Below the pieces are notes generated by a model. That model had not been told where the DNA came from, made no database searches, and worked only from the letters and a program-made list of their open reading frames with translations. Both the position numbers and the translations under genes were made by a program. Below, one piece after another: positions 37,941-51,953 of a stretch of DNA of 64,000 nt. How positions within the stretch are numbered: position 1 is the first letter of the stretch; every line of letters starts with the position of its first letter. Source of the DNA: the human T2T-CHM13v2.0 reference genome, Homo sapiens; assembly GCF_009914755.1 (NCBI RefSeq), contig NC_060926.1; one strand, given 5' to 3'.

Positions 37941-40877
37941 ATAGGGTATGGGGAACATCCCAGTCCCAAAATACATTCTCTTCGTGACCTAGAGGTAGGA
38001 ATCACATCCAACATGTTTTTATAGGTATTTCATATTTATGTAAAATAATGTTATACATTTTAAAGACTGTGATACTTTATTCATTAATTCATATATCTGA
38101 TACTGTACTAAGGAGAAGATATGTTTTTTGCCCTCCAAAGTTTAAAATCATATATATTATCGTTTAGTGGAGGTCTTATTTCAGAGTGCTTTATTTGCTT
38201 ATTTCAGAGAGCAAGAGAAACCCAAAATAGGGATTTTAGAGGCCTCTGAGTATTTTCAGGGATAAAAATAGTTTTAAAAACTAAATAATATTTTCTTATA
38301 TGTCATGAAATTTTCTGAGATGGGAGTCCTGAACTTCAGAGTAAAACTCACAAATTATATTGCTCTTTAAAACATATAAAAGTAGGTGGGGCTACAACAT
38401 ATGAAAATAAAACTTGATGAAATTAAGGAAACTACTAAACTGTCTTTAGGTGACTTCATTCTGTCATCAACTTAGCCATCATATATTCTTACAAATCAAA
38501 TCTTTCTAGCATTTAATACATTTTCAGTACTTTCTGTAAGAGATAAGAGCTCATTACATCCTGTACCTTTCCATCTGAAGTATTAGATTCTGAATCAAAC
38601 ATAAAGATTAGCAGATAGTCTCAGGAATGAAGCCATAACAGAAACTGCCCATGACAAGTGAAAACAATACCCCTAAAATGCCATTCTCTCATTTTGTCAT
38701 CTCATATCAATTTTAATACCTTATGTCTCATCATAGAGTGGTTATACTCTGACACATTCCCTCTTGGTGCAAGATGACAGCTACTAAAATATAAATCACT
38801 GTAGAGAATTACTGGATTTAGAGCCAATTCTTCTAATCGAAAATAACAGCAATGTTAATTTCAGCTTGAGAATGATGGCTTTTGTATGGTGATATAATGG
38901 TACAGACTATAATAATGTCAACTACCGCAATAAAATATGCTTCAAATGGGCTACCTTTTTTACATTTAGACTAGGGTGACTTCTGTCACGTTTCTTTTTT
39001 TGGCATGAAACTGACAATCTATTAAATAAATATTAAACCCTAGCAGTCTTCAAAGCAGGCTGAACCATATCAGGATTTTAAATAACTTCATTAATTGCTT
39101 AACTACCTTTTCCCTAAATTCCTAAGGGATCTTTTGATGCTAGTCACTCTAATGAGTTACCAAGTGATTCATGACTTCAACCTGTTATCATGCAAAATAC
39201 ATTTCCAGTTGGAAATCTTTGCAGATGGTTTTGCCAGAAATTAGGTAGCCTTTCTAGACTTTAAAAAGAGCAAATTTCAGTTATATATTTTCTTATTTGG
39301 TTTTACATTAGTACTCTAAAATAATATCGTGTGTCCAAAAATTTAGTTCAGGCAATACATGATCAATTGAAGGGATTCTACTTGAATGGTAAAAGAGGAT
39401 ATGGAATTATCTGTGGATCAGTCATCCATGACAATTTTTTTACTACACACTGGCTAGTCTTTGCTTTCCTATAAACTTTCCTATTACTTCTCTCTTTCCA
39501 AAGTATTCATAGAAAACACACAATTTTTTTAGTAATCTAGACAAAACATAATTTGAAAGGTAACTATTTTTCAAAGGACAAGAAGAAATAAGCTTTTGTT
39601 TTTTAAAAGCTAGGTCTGTTTCTCTCCACTTGAGTGACACTCAAACATTGAATATTCTTTATTTTTAATGGAATATACTTTTATCATACTAGCAAATATG
39701 CATACTTAAAAAAATAGAGTAAAGTTAATAAAGAGCATTCCTGGAGAAACCCTTCTGGCAGCCCTCTGTTCTCTGTTGCAGTCTCGACTGGCTGCTCTCT
39801 AGGAGTGGTACAGATCCGCTTTTTTAGGATTTCCTTTGGCCTCTGCCCTGTATTGAATCACCCATTTCCAGTGTTCTGGAAGCTAAAGAGAAAAAGAAGG
39901 TTAGAGGAAATCATATAGATTTTCTTTTCATCTTCTTTATAGGAAGATGTCCTTGAGTCTGAGCCCTCTCTAGAGATTAAAGCTTCTAATTCCTGGAAGG
40001 ATAATTAAGAGGTAGTTGCTTAATAATCAACTCAAATAATCCTCTTGTTTTTAACTCTAACTTTCAGTATCCAGTGCTTCTAATTTCTGAGCTTTTCTGG
40101 GTCTCTGTGTCATGAATCAATTCATGTTCCTGGGACTTAGAGATTTCAACTTTTTTTTTTTTTTCCATTTTCCCATTTGTTTACATTGGCTCCTCTTCTT
40201 TCTTTTTGTCCTTGTGCATCATGATGACAATGATTTTATTGATCACTTTAGTAGTGGTAAGGAATGAAGCAGTGATAAACAAATTTGTCTGCTATGTTAA
40301 CTAGATGTTGATTATTTTGAAGCTTTGTCTTTTAGTCAGGCATTTGGGCAGTCAACAAACAGTAGGTCTACTGGGAATAGAAAATATTTCCAATTTATAT
40401 AACAGAAACTCTCCAATTTATTTATAAATGTTTCAGTAATTTTTAATCCCTGCTCCACAGAGTTATAGAGATTCCACAGCACTTCCCTGGGGAACTACCA
40501 CATAGGAAAGGATGTAAAAAGGCTGCTAGTGGGTGGGTCATTAGGCCACCAACCTCTCCTCCTACCCTAAATCTAAGAAACTCCATTTTTACCTGTTTTA
40601 GATAGATATTATATTTTATATAACAGTTTAATTTAAGAAAAAGTTTCAGAGATACAAAATGTTTCAACCCAATTTATGTCAAAACTTAATAAATATTCAA
40701 TATTAATACTAAATAAGTTAAATGTAGACTATCTAGATCTCTCGAGAATGAGTGGCTGAGTTTTATGAGAACGTGTCATCTGATGACACTTTACTTGCAG
40801 AATTGCTCATTTTAATTGCTTTTTCTTTGCTATTACTAATATGTAGACTCTAGATTAGGCAGGCTCCTATATCGGTG

Positions 40878-41257
40878 TGTTACTGGTGGAGGGTGCCCAG
40901 GTTCTTGGCTTCTTAAACAAAGAATTGGACAAACACACAAACAAAAGAAAGAATGAAGCAACAAAAGCAGAGGTTTATTGAAAATAAAAGTACACGCCAC
41001 ATGGCTGAAGAGCCCTGTTACAGAAGTTTTTGAGGTTTAAATACCCTCCAGAGGTTTCCACTGATTACTTGATGTACACCCTATGCAAATGAACAGGATG
41101 AAGTAAAGTTATGAAGTCATTTACTTGGTGTATGCCCTGTGTAAATGAAAAAGATATTTCCTGTCATAGCTGAAGTGTTGCCATTTGATTCAGTTCTAGG
41201 AAGTCAGCATGAACTGGCTATGGGTTCCCTGCCTCCAGACCCTATTCTCTTGCCTCA
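40878..41257 (-). mobile_element. ERV1 solo LTR (MER4 group, MER51-like)
   Basis: Reverse complement begins TGAGGCAAGAGAATAGGGTCTGGAGGCAGGGAACC and ends ..CCAGTAACA. Minus-strand TATTTAAA and AATAAA present. 4-bp TSD GGTG/AGTG. Confidence 0.8.
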
Positions 41258-41380
41258 AGTGCATAGTTGCATTCAAAGTAGATGTTTTTGTACCTTTAAG
41301 AGATGCTAAACTGGGACACAAAGTAGTGGCAAATTTCCTCAGACTGACTGCGTAGTTGCTCTATTTTATAATTGTATTAT

Positions 41381-41596
41381 TTTTGTTTGTTTTTTTAGAG
41401 ACAGAGAAAAAACTAGACAGAGTCTTCCTCTATAACCCAAGCTAGAGTACAATGGGGCCATCATAGCTCACTGCAGCCTCAAATTCCTGGGCTCAAGTAA
41501 TCCTCCAGCCTTAGCTTCCCACATAGCTAGGATCACAGTTGTGTGCCGCTACATGCGGCTAATTTTTCAGTTTTTCGTAGAGATAAGGTCTCTCTC
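41381..41596 (-). mobile_element. Truncated AluJ (right arm plus linker)
   Basis: ATCATAGCTCACTGCAGCCTC..CCTGGGCTCAAGTAATCCTCC..GCTAATTTTT..TAGAGATAAGGTCT. Confidence 0.85.
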
Positions 41597-42556
41597 ATTT
41601 TCTTCTTTTTATTCCTGTCTTCTCTCGTCTTCCTTACTCTTGTAATAGCTTATCCAGACGCGCCTTCTTTTTGCATTACCTCTCTAGCATATTCAGATAT
41701 CACAATCACATCATTCATTCATTCCATTTATAAACTGTCAATTATTCCATGTTTCCCGGAAATCATCAGGTAATTGTTTCCACATATTTAGTGCTCACTT
41801 AAATACCAAAGAGTTTATTTTTCTGGGCACAGAGCCGTTTAACAACTTGATATATTTTCGGAAACCAGGATTGTTTTTCTTAACAGAGAATAACTGACAA
41901 TATGGGAAAATAATTGATATAGGTTCTTCATTTCATATAGAACCAAGCTAGAGGTAGGTAAACACCTAATTTATTTCACAAAGAAGCAAATTCTCATGTC
42001 CTTCTTACTTTTGTTGTAAGTGTTGCCCTTGAGTAGAAGATAAGCTGTTCCCATTTATGAGCTAGTTCTTTGTCCATTCCTGGCTGGTATAAGTTCAGAA
42101 TCCAACTGCATCTATGAAATTTGGAGGCAAGCAACTTATTCCTGACTCAATCGTTCACCAACTCTTAAATCATATTTTTATAATATATAATTTCTCAAAT
42201 ACAGAAAAATTATTGCTAGACATTCCATTTTATAAAGAGCCCAAATATTACATATTTGGAGGCCACTGGGTTTTTACAAAAAAAGACCTGTAAGCCTTGG
42301 AATAAGACCGAATTTTGAATTATTAAAGATTTGAAGCATGAATTCTCTGGGGTCATCTTTATGCATTTATGTACTCTAGGAAAGAAGCACACATACCAGT
42401 TGTTCATAATTGCTATACTATTGTCAAATAATGCTTGATGTTTTCTTATTCAAAGGCATACGAGTTATAAAAAAAATTGTATAATATTGAAAAAAGATGC
42501 TTCCAAATAAGAAGGGTGTTCATTGATATTTTACAACAAATTTTGCCCATAGGTTC

Positions 42557-42996
42557 TTTTTTTTTTTTTTTTTTTTCTTGAGACAGAGTCTTGCTCTCTC
42601 ACCCAGGCTAAAGTGGAGTGACACGATCATGGCTCACTGCCACCTTAAACTCCTGAGCTCCAGGGATCCTCTTGCCTCAGCCTCCCAAGTAACTGGGACT
42701 ACAGGCATGCACCACCACTTTGGCTAATCACTAAATTGTTTATTAGAGACAGGTTCTCACCATCATGGCCAGGCTAGTCTCAAACTGCCGGGCTCAAGCA
42801 ATCCTCCTGCCTCAGCCTCTCAATTAGCTAGGACGAAAGGTGCATGCCACCATGCCCAGATAATTTTTAAATTTTTTGTAGAGGTGGAGTCTTGCCATGT
42901 TGCTCAGGCTGGTCTCAAACTCCTGGGCTCAAGTGATCCTCCTGCCTTGGCCTCCCAAAATGCTGGGAATACAGGTATGAGCAACCATGCCCGGCT
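42557..42996 (-). mobile_element. Trimeric AluJ (three monomers)
   Basis: Three successive GGGCTCAAG/GAGCTCCAG-ATCCTC units with two A-rich linkers. One TSD, GCCCATA(G/T)GTTCTT, at 42545-42558 and 42997-43010. Confidence 0.9.
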
Positions 42997-43830
42997 GCCC
43001 ATATGTTCTTAATTTGTGGACTATTTTATCACTCTAAAACAAATATTAATAGGTAGAAGTTCTATCATATATTTTCTTTTTTTTAATGCCAAAATGAATT
43101 CCTCCATGAGTCAAACATTCTGCATTATTTCCAGGTAAAGCCTTACTCAAATAATATTCATGTTCTTGATGCCGCTGCAGCCATTCCCATTGCTGTATCC
43201 AATTCAGTAGGGACTCAAGGTTTACACTGGGTTTCAGTGTCCTTTTGCTTTTTATATCTTTCACTTAGGATAGAAGATATCAGTATATTTTTTTCATATA
43301 GCATGTATATTAACAAACTAAATCATTTACTAGAACCCAAATCATACAGCATTTTTTTCTTAATCAGATAGAATAAATTAAAAACAATCAGGTATCATGT
43401 AAGTATGCAAATACAGCAAATGTGAAATGAATCCATTTGATCTATACCACAATTCACATTTATAGTCAGTGTTCAAACATAATTCAAATCCAGATGACAG
43501 CATTTTCGTCCAGTTCTGGTAATGTCATACTGTGGCTTCGCCTGAGCACATTGACTGCTTAAAACTGATGTGTGATGGTTGAGGAAAGTCATACATTTTG
43601 GTTTTCATGGTTTATGTGCTTCATAGTGCTTTTGCAACTGGAAAAATATATTGTGGCATCAGCACTCAAAAGGGCACCCATTCACTCACATCTTAGACAA
43701 CTACAGCTTAAGTTTTTTAACATGTGGGCAAGTAGGCATTTTGGAGGATAAATTGTCTTTTCTCATAAGTTGTATTTTTTAAAAGGACTATAGTTAAATG
43801 GATAGAAAGAAAATAAGATCAAACAGATAA

Positions 43831-44147
<317 letters not shown>

Positions 44148-44809
44148 AAAGATTTATTTTTAAAGGCTTCATCGGTTCTAATAATATAGGTTGGTACCAC
44201 AGGATTTGATAAAAAGTATAAGGAAATGCAATGACTTTGGAGCCAAATATTACATGAGGAAGCAGGATAAGAACTCTTCAGTCATGTAGCAAAAACTGAT
44301 TACGTACTCAAGTAATTCAAAGCATTTTCCAAGGTACTTGGGTACTTTGAAATAACTGAACATGATCTTTGATCTCATGATAGAAGGACATAGAAGTACT
44401 GAATAACAAAAAACAATTGATATGCGTATAAGCAGGTAATTACAATATTTGCAAAGCTGTGTAGAAAGAAAACAGTCATAGATAAAATTGGAGAAAGGAG
44501 AGGGTAATTTACTAGAAGATAAAACTTGATTCTACCTAAAACTCAGATATATGACTGATTTCTTTCATGAGCGCAAAAAGGAAGAGGAAGAACGTGATCC
44601 ATGAACCACCATTGTTGCTGCCCATATCATTTGTATCCATTGCTGATAACAAAAGTGTGACAATACACTTAAGAAGAAAATAATTTGTAAAAGAAGAACC
44701 TCAAAGATTTTTAAAATTATAGAAATTACATTTCAAGCTATAAGAAGCATTTGTTTTATAAAGGGTGGAATATATCATATGTCTAGCATTTTTACAATAT
44801 GACAAAAGT

Positions 44810-45665
44810 AAGTTTAATCATCTTCCCTTCCAACATGCTCTGTTTCCCATATTTCTTATCTCCAATCATTGTTATCACCATCCTCTAAGTTGTGCAGGTC
44901 AGAAAGGTAGGCACCATTCTTGATTCTTTCCTCTCCTTCAGCCTTGATGCCCAATCAGTTCCTGAGTTTTATACTTTCATAAGAATGTATGGATCCTTTC
45001 TGTTTTCTTCATTCCTGTTACTCTACTTCCATTGGTCCTTCCATCAATTTGGTCTTCTCCTTCTCTAATCCTCCATAAAGAAGCCAAGGTAATTTTCCTG
45101 AAGCACAGATCAGAATGGATCACTCCTAGTTTAAAACCTTTTAATGGCTCTTCATTATCCTGAGGATAAAGTCCAAAACCCTTAGAATGTTTCCCAAGCC
45201 CAACTTGACCTGGACTTCATTTGCCTCTCCAGCACACCCCTTGTGACTCTACGCCCCACTCCTTCCTCAATGTCAGCTGCAGTAATACTAGGAATGTAGC
45301 TGGGCACCCTTTGTTTCTGGGCTTTCAAACAAGCTATGTTCTTACACAAAATATTGCTTTTCTCTTCCACAACTACTATCATCTGCCTTTCCAATTTACT
45401 CACAGAGTATTCACCAGGTCCTCAATTTACTTGGGATTTCCACAATAAAGACGTCCTTGACTCATCCTGAAGTCTTTGGTGAGGGGTCAGTTACTGTGGT
45501 AGTAAGTGTTCCTTCTATTGTTGTTGCATGTTTACTTGTACATCTCACTCACATGTTGCAAATTCATTGGGAATAAAAATGGTATCTTTTTTATCATTAG
45601 ATATATCCGCATCATGTAGCATGATACCTGGCACTCAATGAATATCTCTTGGAGGAATTAATTAA
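44810..45665 (+). mobile_element. L2 3' portion
   Basis: CATTCTTGATTCTTTCCTCTCC..TCACTCCTAGTTTAAAACCTTTTAATGGCTC..GGATAAAGTCCAAA..CCTGGCACTCAATGAATA. Confidence 0.75.
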
Positions 45666-46094
45666 TAATAGACATTTTATGTGTTCCTCTACAAAGTTTT
45701 GTTAAAAGGAAAGCAAAAACTGAACTAGTGTCACTAGACAAATCAGCCACAAGCCACATTAAACCTCCTTAATACCATTTGTACAGTACTTTGGTACTGT
45801 TCATACTGGACACTCTACTAAACACTATTTAGGCTAACTACAAGTGATGATAGCTAACATTTATTGAATCCATAATGTTGGTCAAGCACCATGTTAAATT
45901 ATTTACAAATACGATCTTAATCTCATTTACTCAATCCAAAAGAATGGCAGTCATTCTTAATTTTTCTCTTTCCTTCACTCTGCTTCTAGCAAGTACTGTC
46001 AACTCTCCTTCAAAATATATTCAGAATTCATCCACTCCTTCACTTCTTTCCATTTCTTCTCTTATGACCCTGGTATAAACTACCATCGTTTCTT

Positions 46095-47290
46095 TTATTA
46101 GGTCAGGTTTATTAAGATATAGTTTACATACAGTAAAAATTTGTATGTTTAATTCTACAGTTTGATGACTTTTGATAAATGTGAACTGCTGCATAACCAT
46201 CATCACAATGGAGATTCAGAACATTTCCATCATTTCAGAAAGCTTTCTCATGCCACTTTGTAGCCATTTCCCTCATCTCATTTCAGCCAGTGGCTATATC
46301 TGGTCTGTTCTCTGGTCCTGTAACAGTGCCATTTCAAGAATCTCATATAAATGGAATTTTGAAGCATGTATCCTTTTGTGACTAGCTTGTCACTCAGCAT
46401 AAAAATCATGACATTTATCTATGTTGGTGCATGTAGCAGCAGTTTTTTTCCTTGCTATTGCTGAATAATATTATGTATTATGGATAAACCATAATTTGTT
46501 TATTTCTTTACCAATTAATAGATATTTGAATTGTTTTTAGTTTGGGGGTATTATGCAAAAAAGTTCTATAAACATTCTCATACAGATCTTTATATGGACA
46601 AATGTTTTTTCTCAATAAATATCTAGACATGGGAACATATGGTAGATGTATATTGAACTCTACAAGAAATCACTTAACTATTTTCCAAAGCCTCTGAACC
46701 ATTTTTTATTTCCTCCAGGAATATATGCATGTTTTAGTTGCTCTGCATCTTTGTCAACACTTGGTATTTTCAGGGTGCAGAAAAACATTTATCTGAAAGG
46801 CATTTTAGTCCTTAAAATGTTAGTTAACATAGTAGAAATGTAAGACTAGCTCATTATGCTTTTAACTAGCGATAATAATGTTGAGAAATTTTTTGTGTCC
46901 TTATTTTGCTACCGGTATTTCTTCTCTTGTGAAGTATCTGTTCAAATCTTTTGTAAATTAAAAAAAATTGTGTTGTTTGTCTTCTCATTGAGTTGTAATT
47001 GTTCTTTATATATTCTGATGAATTCCTTTAAGAGGTGGTTGCTAACAGTCTATGGCTTATCTTTTTTTCCTATATTTCAAAGAGTAGTTTTTAATTTTGG
47101 TAAAGTTCAATGTATCAATTTTTTTATGACTCATACTTTTTGTTGTTGTTCTTGCCCTAAGAAATCTTTCACTAACCTAAGGTCACAAATATATTCTCAT
47201 GTGTTTTCTCTTAGAAGTTTTATAGTTTTAGGTCTTCTGTATATGGTATGATATAATGCTAGAGGTTCATTTTTTTTGCATAAGAATGTA
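46095..47290 (-). mobile_element. L1MC/MD/ME 3' region, antisense
   Basis: TTTATTAAGATATAGTTTACATACAGTAAAA..CAGAACATTTCCATCA..TCATATAAATGGAAT..TGTGAAGTATCTGTTCAAATCTTT..CCTAAGGTCACAAA. Confidence 0.85.
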
Positions 47291-48519
47291 TTCCTAGGCT
47301 ATACCTCTTTCCACTATACAAGAATCTGATTTGTAAGAGCTGATAGATTTTTTAATATCCACATTTGTTTATATTGTCCTGGCCCCCAAATTATTTGCTT
47401 TTATGGTAGGCATAGGCCAGGACTATCATACTGACTTCCTTCTAGACATTATGAGTAGCCCTAATTTTAGATATCACAGACTCGTCATCATCACCTGGAT
47501 GCAATGTGCCATATCACTGTTCTATGACCAACAGACCCTGAAACAAGATGGTGCTGGTAACATCATAGGAAATTAGATCTAGAAGATGTGGTCTAGTCTC
47601 TTCTCTTGCATACTCATGGTGAGTGATACTGGCAATACCTTCACAACTTCCCCAATAGAAGGCAGCATCCATAGTCCTAGTATTGTTCTATGAAAAAGCT
47701 TCTCTTCATTTTGTAACATCCACTTTTATCAGAACTATAAGATACTAACTCACAAAAATGCATGACTTATTTTACATATATTTGCTGTTTCATTGTTTAA
47801 GATGTCAATGCAGATTTCACAATGGCATATAAAGAATGTAGCCTGATTTTTAGAGTTTTCAGAAAACTAGAAGTGAATTGCCCTTCTGGCTAGAAGAAGT
47901 CTGTTTGGGTTTCTCCTTCTGCCATCTTCCTATTCATGCTGCCTTTACTCCACATGGATTCTATAGATTTCATTTAAATTGCACCAACTTACAAAGACAT
48001 ATCTGCCCTAGAGATGTTTGAGTCTTTTAACATTCTAGTCACCACTAATGTTCCCTTTTCATTTAGGCTTTTAATTTGGATGAATTCCAAATTACTATTT
48101 ATTCAGATAGAAACACTAGTAATTACACAAAGCATCTTAATAAAGAATGGAAACGCAATTCAGAGCATCCTCCTTGTGGTTTCTAATGCCTAATAGTTTT
48201 AAAATAGCACTAAGGAACTTTCTTTTATAGCTATTATCTAGTGCTGTTAAAACTCTTACTCCTTTTTATTTTTCTAATGTTGAACAAGCTTTAGATTGAA
48301 GGGCTTTATGGAGAGTTCTTGATCTCTCACATAGATTTTATCTTTGACCAACTAGGAATGTTTAAGGAAACATATTGGTCTGCCACTAATGTTTTAAAAT
48401 AAGTCTCTAGAGTTATGCTAAAAACAGAGTATAGAAATTAAGGAATAAGCTTCATTTTCTTGATCCTGATACCCATCAGCATTTACTGGATCCTAATCTT
48501 TTGTTTCTTTGTTGATGTT

Positions 48520-48970
48520 ACTATAGCAGATGGCATTGATGGCCCCGGCTCTTCCCCTCCTCAGGCCCACATCCTTTGCTATGCGATTTTGCAGTTTCCC
48601 TATCAAGATGTGAAGTGTTTTCCTTGCTTCTTGATTCTGAATTCAGGTGTCATTGGCTTTGGCCAATGGGATGTCAGAAAATGTGATGCAGCAGAGACTT
48701 GAAGATGCACTGCAGAGACTAGATTTATTCTTTTCTGCTGCAGCAATTGCCATGAAGTTGCAGTCCCAGCCTAGCCTGCTGGCCCCAGGATGAGGGTGAG
48801 AGACACTTGAAGTAGACCTACAATTACCCAGTCAAGACCAGCTTACATTATTTTGCCCACAGATAACATTCAAACAGATGAATGAACCCAGTGTAGATAA
48901 GCTGAACCTTACAAACACATGAAAGATAATTGTGTATCACTGAGGTGTGAGGGTTATTGTTACACAATCT
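48520..48970 (+). mobile_element. MLT1 (MLT1H-like) MaLR LTR
   Basis: GATTTTGCAGTT..GCTTTGGCCAATGGGATG..TGCAGCAGAGACTTGAA..TGCCATGA..CTAGCCTGCTGG..GAGAGACAC..TTGTTACACA. Confidence 0.75.
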
Positions 48971-49654
48971 CCAACCAAATTAAAAACTTTTTGGGAACAA
49001 GGCTTTTGCTTCACTCATTTATTAAATGCCTGGTGTCTAGCACTCAGTAGAGGCTTATTTAATCTTTATTGGATAGTTTCATGAATAAAGAAGTAATTGA
49101 AAATATTTTCTCTCTTTTTTTGTCATACTTAGATACCTTGCTAATAGCCTTAACTGAGAGCTTCTATGTGTAATAAAAAGGGCCATTCAATGAACGAATC
49201 TGTAATTAATCATCCTAGAGATGGTGGCCTATCTCTTTGTCCCAAGCTCTCTTGAAATAATTTCCACAGCCTCTCCTGATCCCCTGACTTGGTTAGTGTT
49301 TAACCATTCTTAATAGTAAGAACTTCTTCTGATAAAGATAAGTAGCCATCAAAGAATGATCTGCAGACCATAAATGAGCACTGACTAAAAAAACTTTTTA
49401 CAACCTAGCTAAATACAGGTAGTAGTGTTTTGTCTCAAGTCAAGCTCTAGAGTAAATGGAAGAGTGAGCCATTTGTGTTTCCTTTTGAGCTCACCCCCTC
49501 CTGTCCTTCTCCCAAAATAAATACCCTTAAAATATGTACCCTTATCCTCTTCCCTATCAAATCCTATTCTTATAAAATAGTTCTGAAAGACAGCTAAATA
49601 AGTAATTACCAGTAGTATTGCCTCTCATTGGAAACTTGGATGTTAAGATTCCTT

Positions 49655-50070
49655 CATTTTTTCATTCATTCCATAATGCTGAGTGGCCACTCTGCCCAGC
49701 ACCATGGGGAGTAATGGGGATGCAGTGGTGATAGATACAAACATAGTATGTTCTTTCATAGAGCTCATGATTTGGAGATCGGGGCAGGTTGGAAAACAGA
49801 CACTGAACAAGAGTACTACCTGTTGGAAAGGAAAGCTAAAGAGAATGGTGGAGTGTATGGCAAGAGTTGCTAATCTAGTCTACATGGCAGGGAATTCCCC
49901 TGGGGAAATGCTGTTTACACTTGAAGAAGGAGTTGACTTTAGTCAAAAAAAACACATGGGAAAATCATTCCTGAAAGATGAACTGTGCATAGAAAGGTCC
50001 TGAAGAGGGGCGGATCATAGTTTGTTCCAGGAACCAAAGGAATCCAGCCTGGCTGAAAGGAAGAGAATAA
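49655..50070 (-). mobile_element. L2 3' portion, antisense
   Basis: TTCATTCATTCC..GCTGAGTGGCCACTCTGCCCAGCACC..GGGGATGCAGTGGTGA..CATAGAGCTCA..GTGCATAGAAAGGTCCTGA. Confidence 0.7.
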
Positions 50071-50154
50071 GCCTCGATGATGTTATTTTGAATTCAGTTC
50101 AGACTTTTGTGTTTGTACCCAATATTGTACCCAATAGATAATTTGTGTTTTTTT

Positions 50155-50250
50155 TATCCTATTTGGGTGATGGTTTCAGTAGAAACATCACCATTATACA
50201 TATATGTAACAAACCAGCATATTTACCTCCTGAATCTAAAATAAATAAAG
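50155..50250 (+). mobile_element. L1PB 3' end fragment
   Basis: TTGGGTGATGG..ATGTAACAAACCAGCATATTTACCTCCTGAATCTAAAATAAA. Confidence 0.7.
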
Positions 50251-50649
50251 TAACAAACTATTACTACTACTACTACTGGTAATAATAAATAGGCCAGAGT
50301 CTACTATTTTTTGGCAAGCCGTCATTGATTCTCCTTGTATGAAGAAAAGCACTGGGTCATACTAAGCAAGCCTAATAATCCTAAAATATTCTGTTTTAAG
50401 GCAATATACTTAATATGAAAATATCAAATAATTTTTAAACAACTTTAGCTCTAATTCATGTATCACAGTAATTCTTGGGAAGATGCTGGAATAAAATTAC
50501 CATGAATGTTTTCTTAATAGACCACCCCCTTGACCAAATTGCTAAACTTGCCAACTCTGTCAAGTCTCCCTGCCCTATAGCACCCAGATGCTTGTGGAAA
50601 TGGGCTATTCTTAAGGATAAACGCACACCTCTGCTGCCACTTACTCAGT

Positions 50650-51200
50650 TTTGTTGTTAACATGAATCAGTTGTGTTTATTCTCAAACTTATTTATGCTA
50701 CTTATTTCTAATTTTGTAATTTAAAAAATTTAATTATCACATAAATAAGTTAAATGTAACTGTTTAAAAGCTATGATCTACATGAAAATCAAATTTAATG
50801 TTTTGGAAAGTACTGAAAATTACTTTAAAATCGCTTTCAGATAAACTACAGGTAAGGAAACAGAAAATATTGGGAAAAATCAGGAAAACCTAAATGGATT
50901 CTGCTTTGGATTGCTTTATTTATGGCTTTAAGTTCTTAATTCACATAAATAAAATAAAACAACTGGCGTTTATTGAGGATACGTTATGGATTTGTTTGTG
51001 TAAAATGTCAATGCTGATCTCCAGCCCCTGGCCCCATACCAAAGAAATGGCGTCGGCCCTACATTTGAAGTTTGGCAAATGAATAGGTATATAGCTTAAG
51101 TTAAACTAATATGTTATGATATGTGTGTATCTTTTTATTATTTCAGTTTTAACCTACTTCTTTGATTAAACAAGTAATTGTTGGTACCAATCTTATAAGA
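50650..51200 (+). mobile_element. Tigger/pogo (TcMar) DNA-transposon remnant
   Basis: MKIKFNVLE-like start near 50782. KNQENLNGFC-like segment. EDTLWIC..GPI/KEMASALH (ORF 50894-51082) resembles the CENP-B-type HTH D.ALW.WF..GPILKEKA. Confidence 0.6.
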
Positions 51201-51458
51201 AGTCTTTTACTCTATAAAGAATGTGAGCATTCGTGCTCTAACATATAGGAAAGTTGTTACTACCCAAGTGTAGAGTGGGTACATCACTACCTCTAGCCCT
51301 GTTAGAATATGACTGAGATTATATATGGTAATGAAAGTTTTATATATATATATACCCAAAATATTTTTGTAATTTTTGGAGACAACAGAGAGAATGTTAC
51401 AAAACAGGAATCTGGAATCATTTTCTTTTCTGGAAGGATGTATTATTTGCTCCTTTGA

Positions 51459-51953
<495 letters not shown>

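Noticed and set aside
39740-40310. Possible ancient antisense L1ME 5' UTR
   Set aside because: The resemblance is only impressionistic and too diverged to support without an HMM search.
40773-40789. Palindrome GTGTCATC-T-GATGACAC
   Set aside because: An 8-bp arm palindrome is expected about once by chance in a window of this size, and there is no supporting context.
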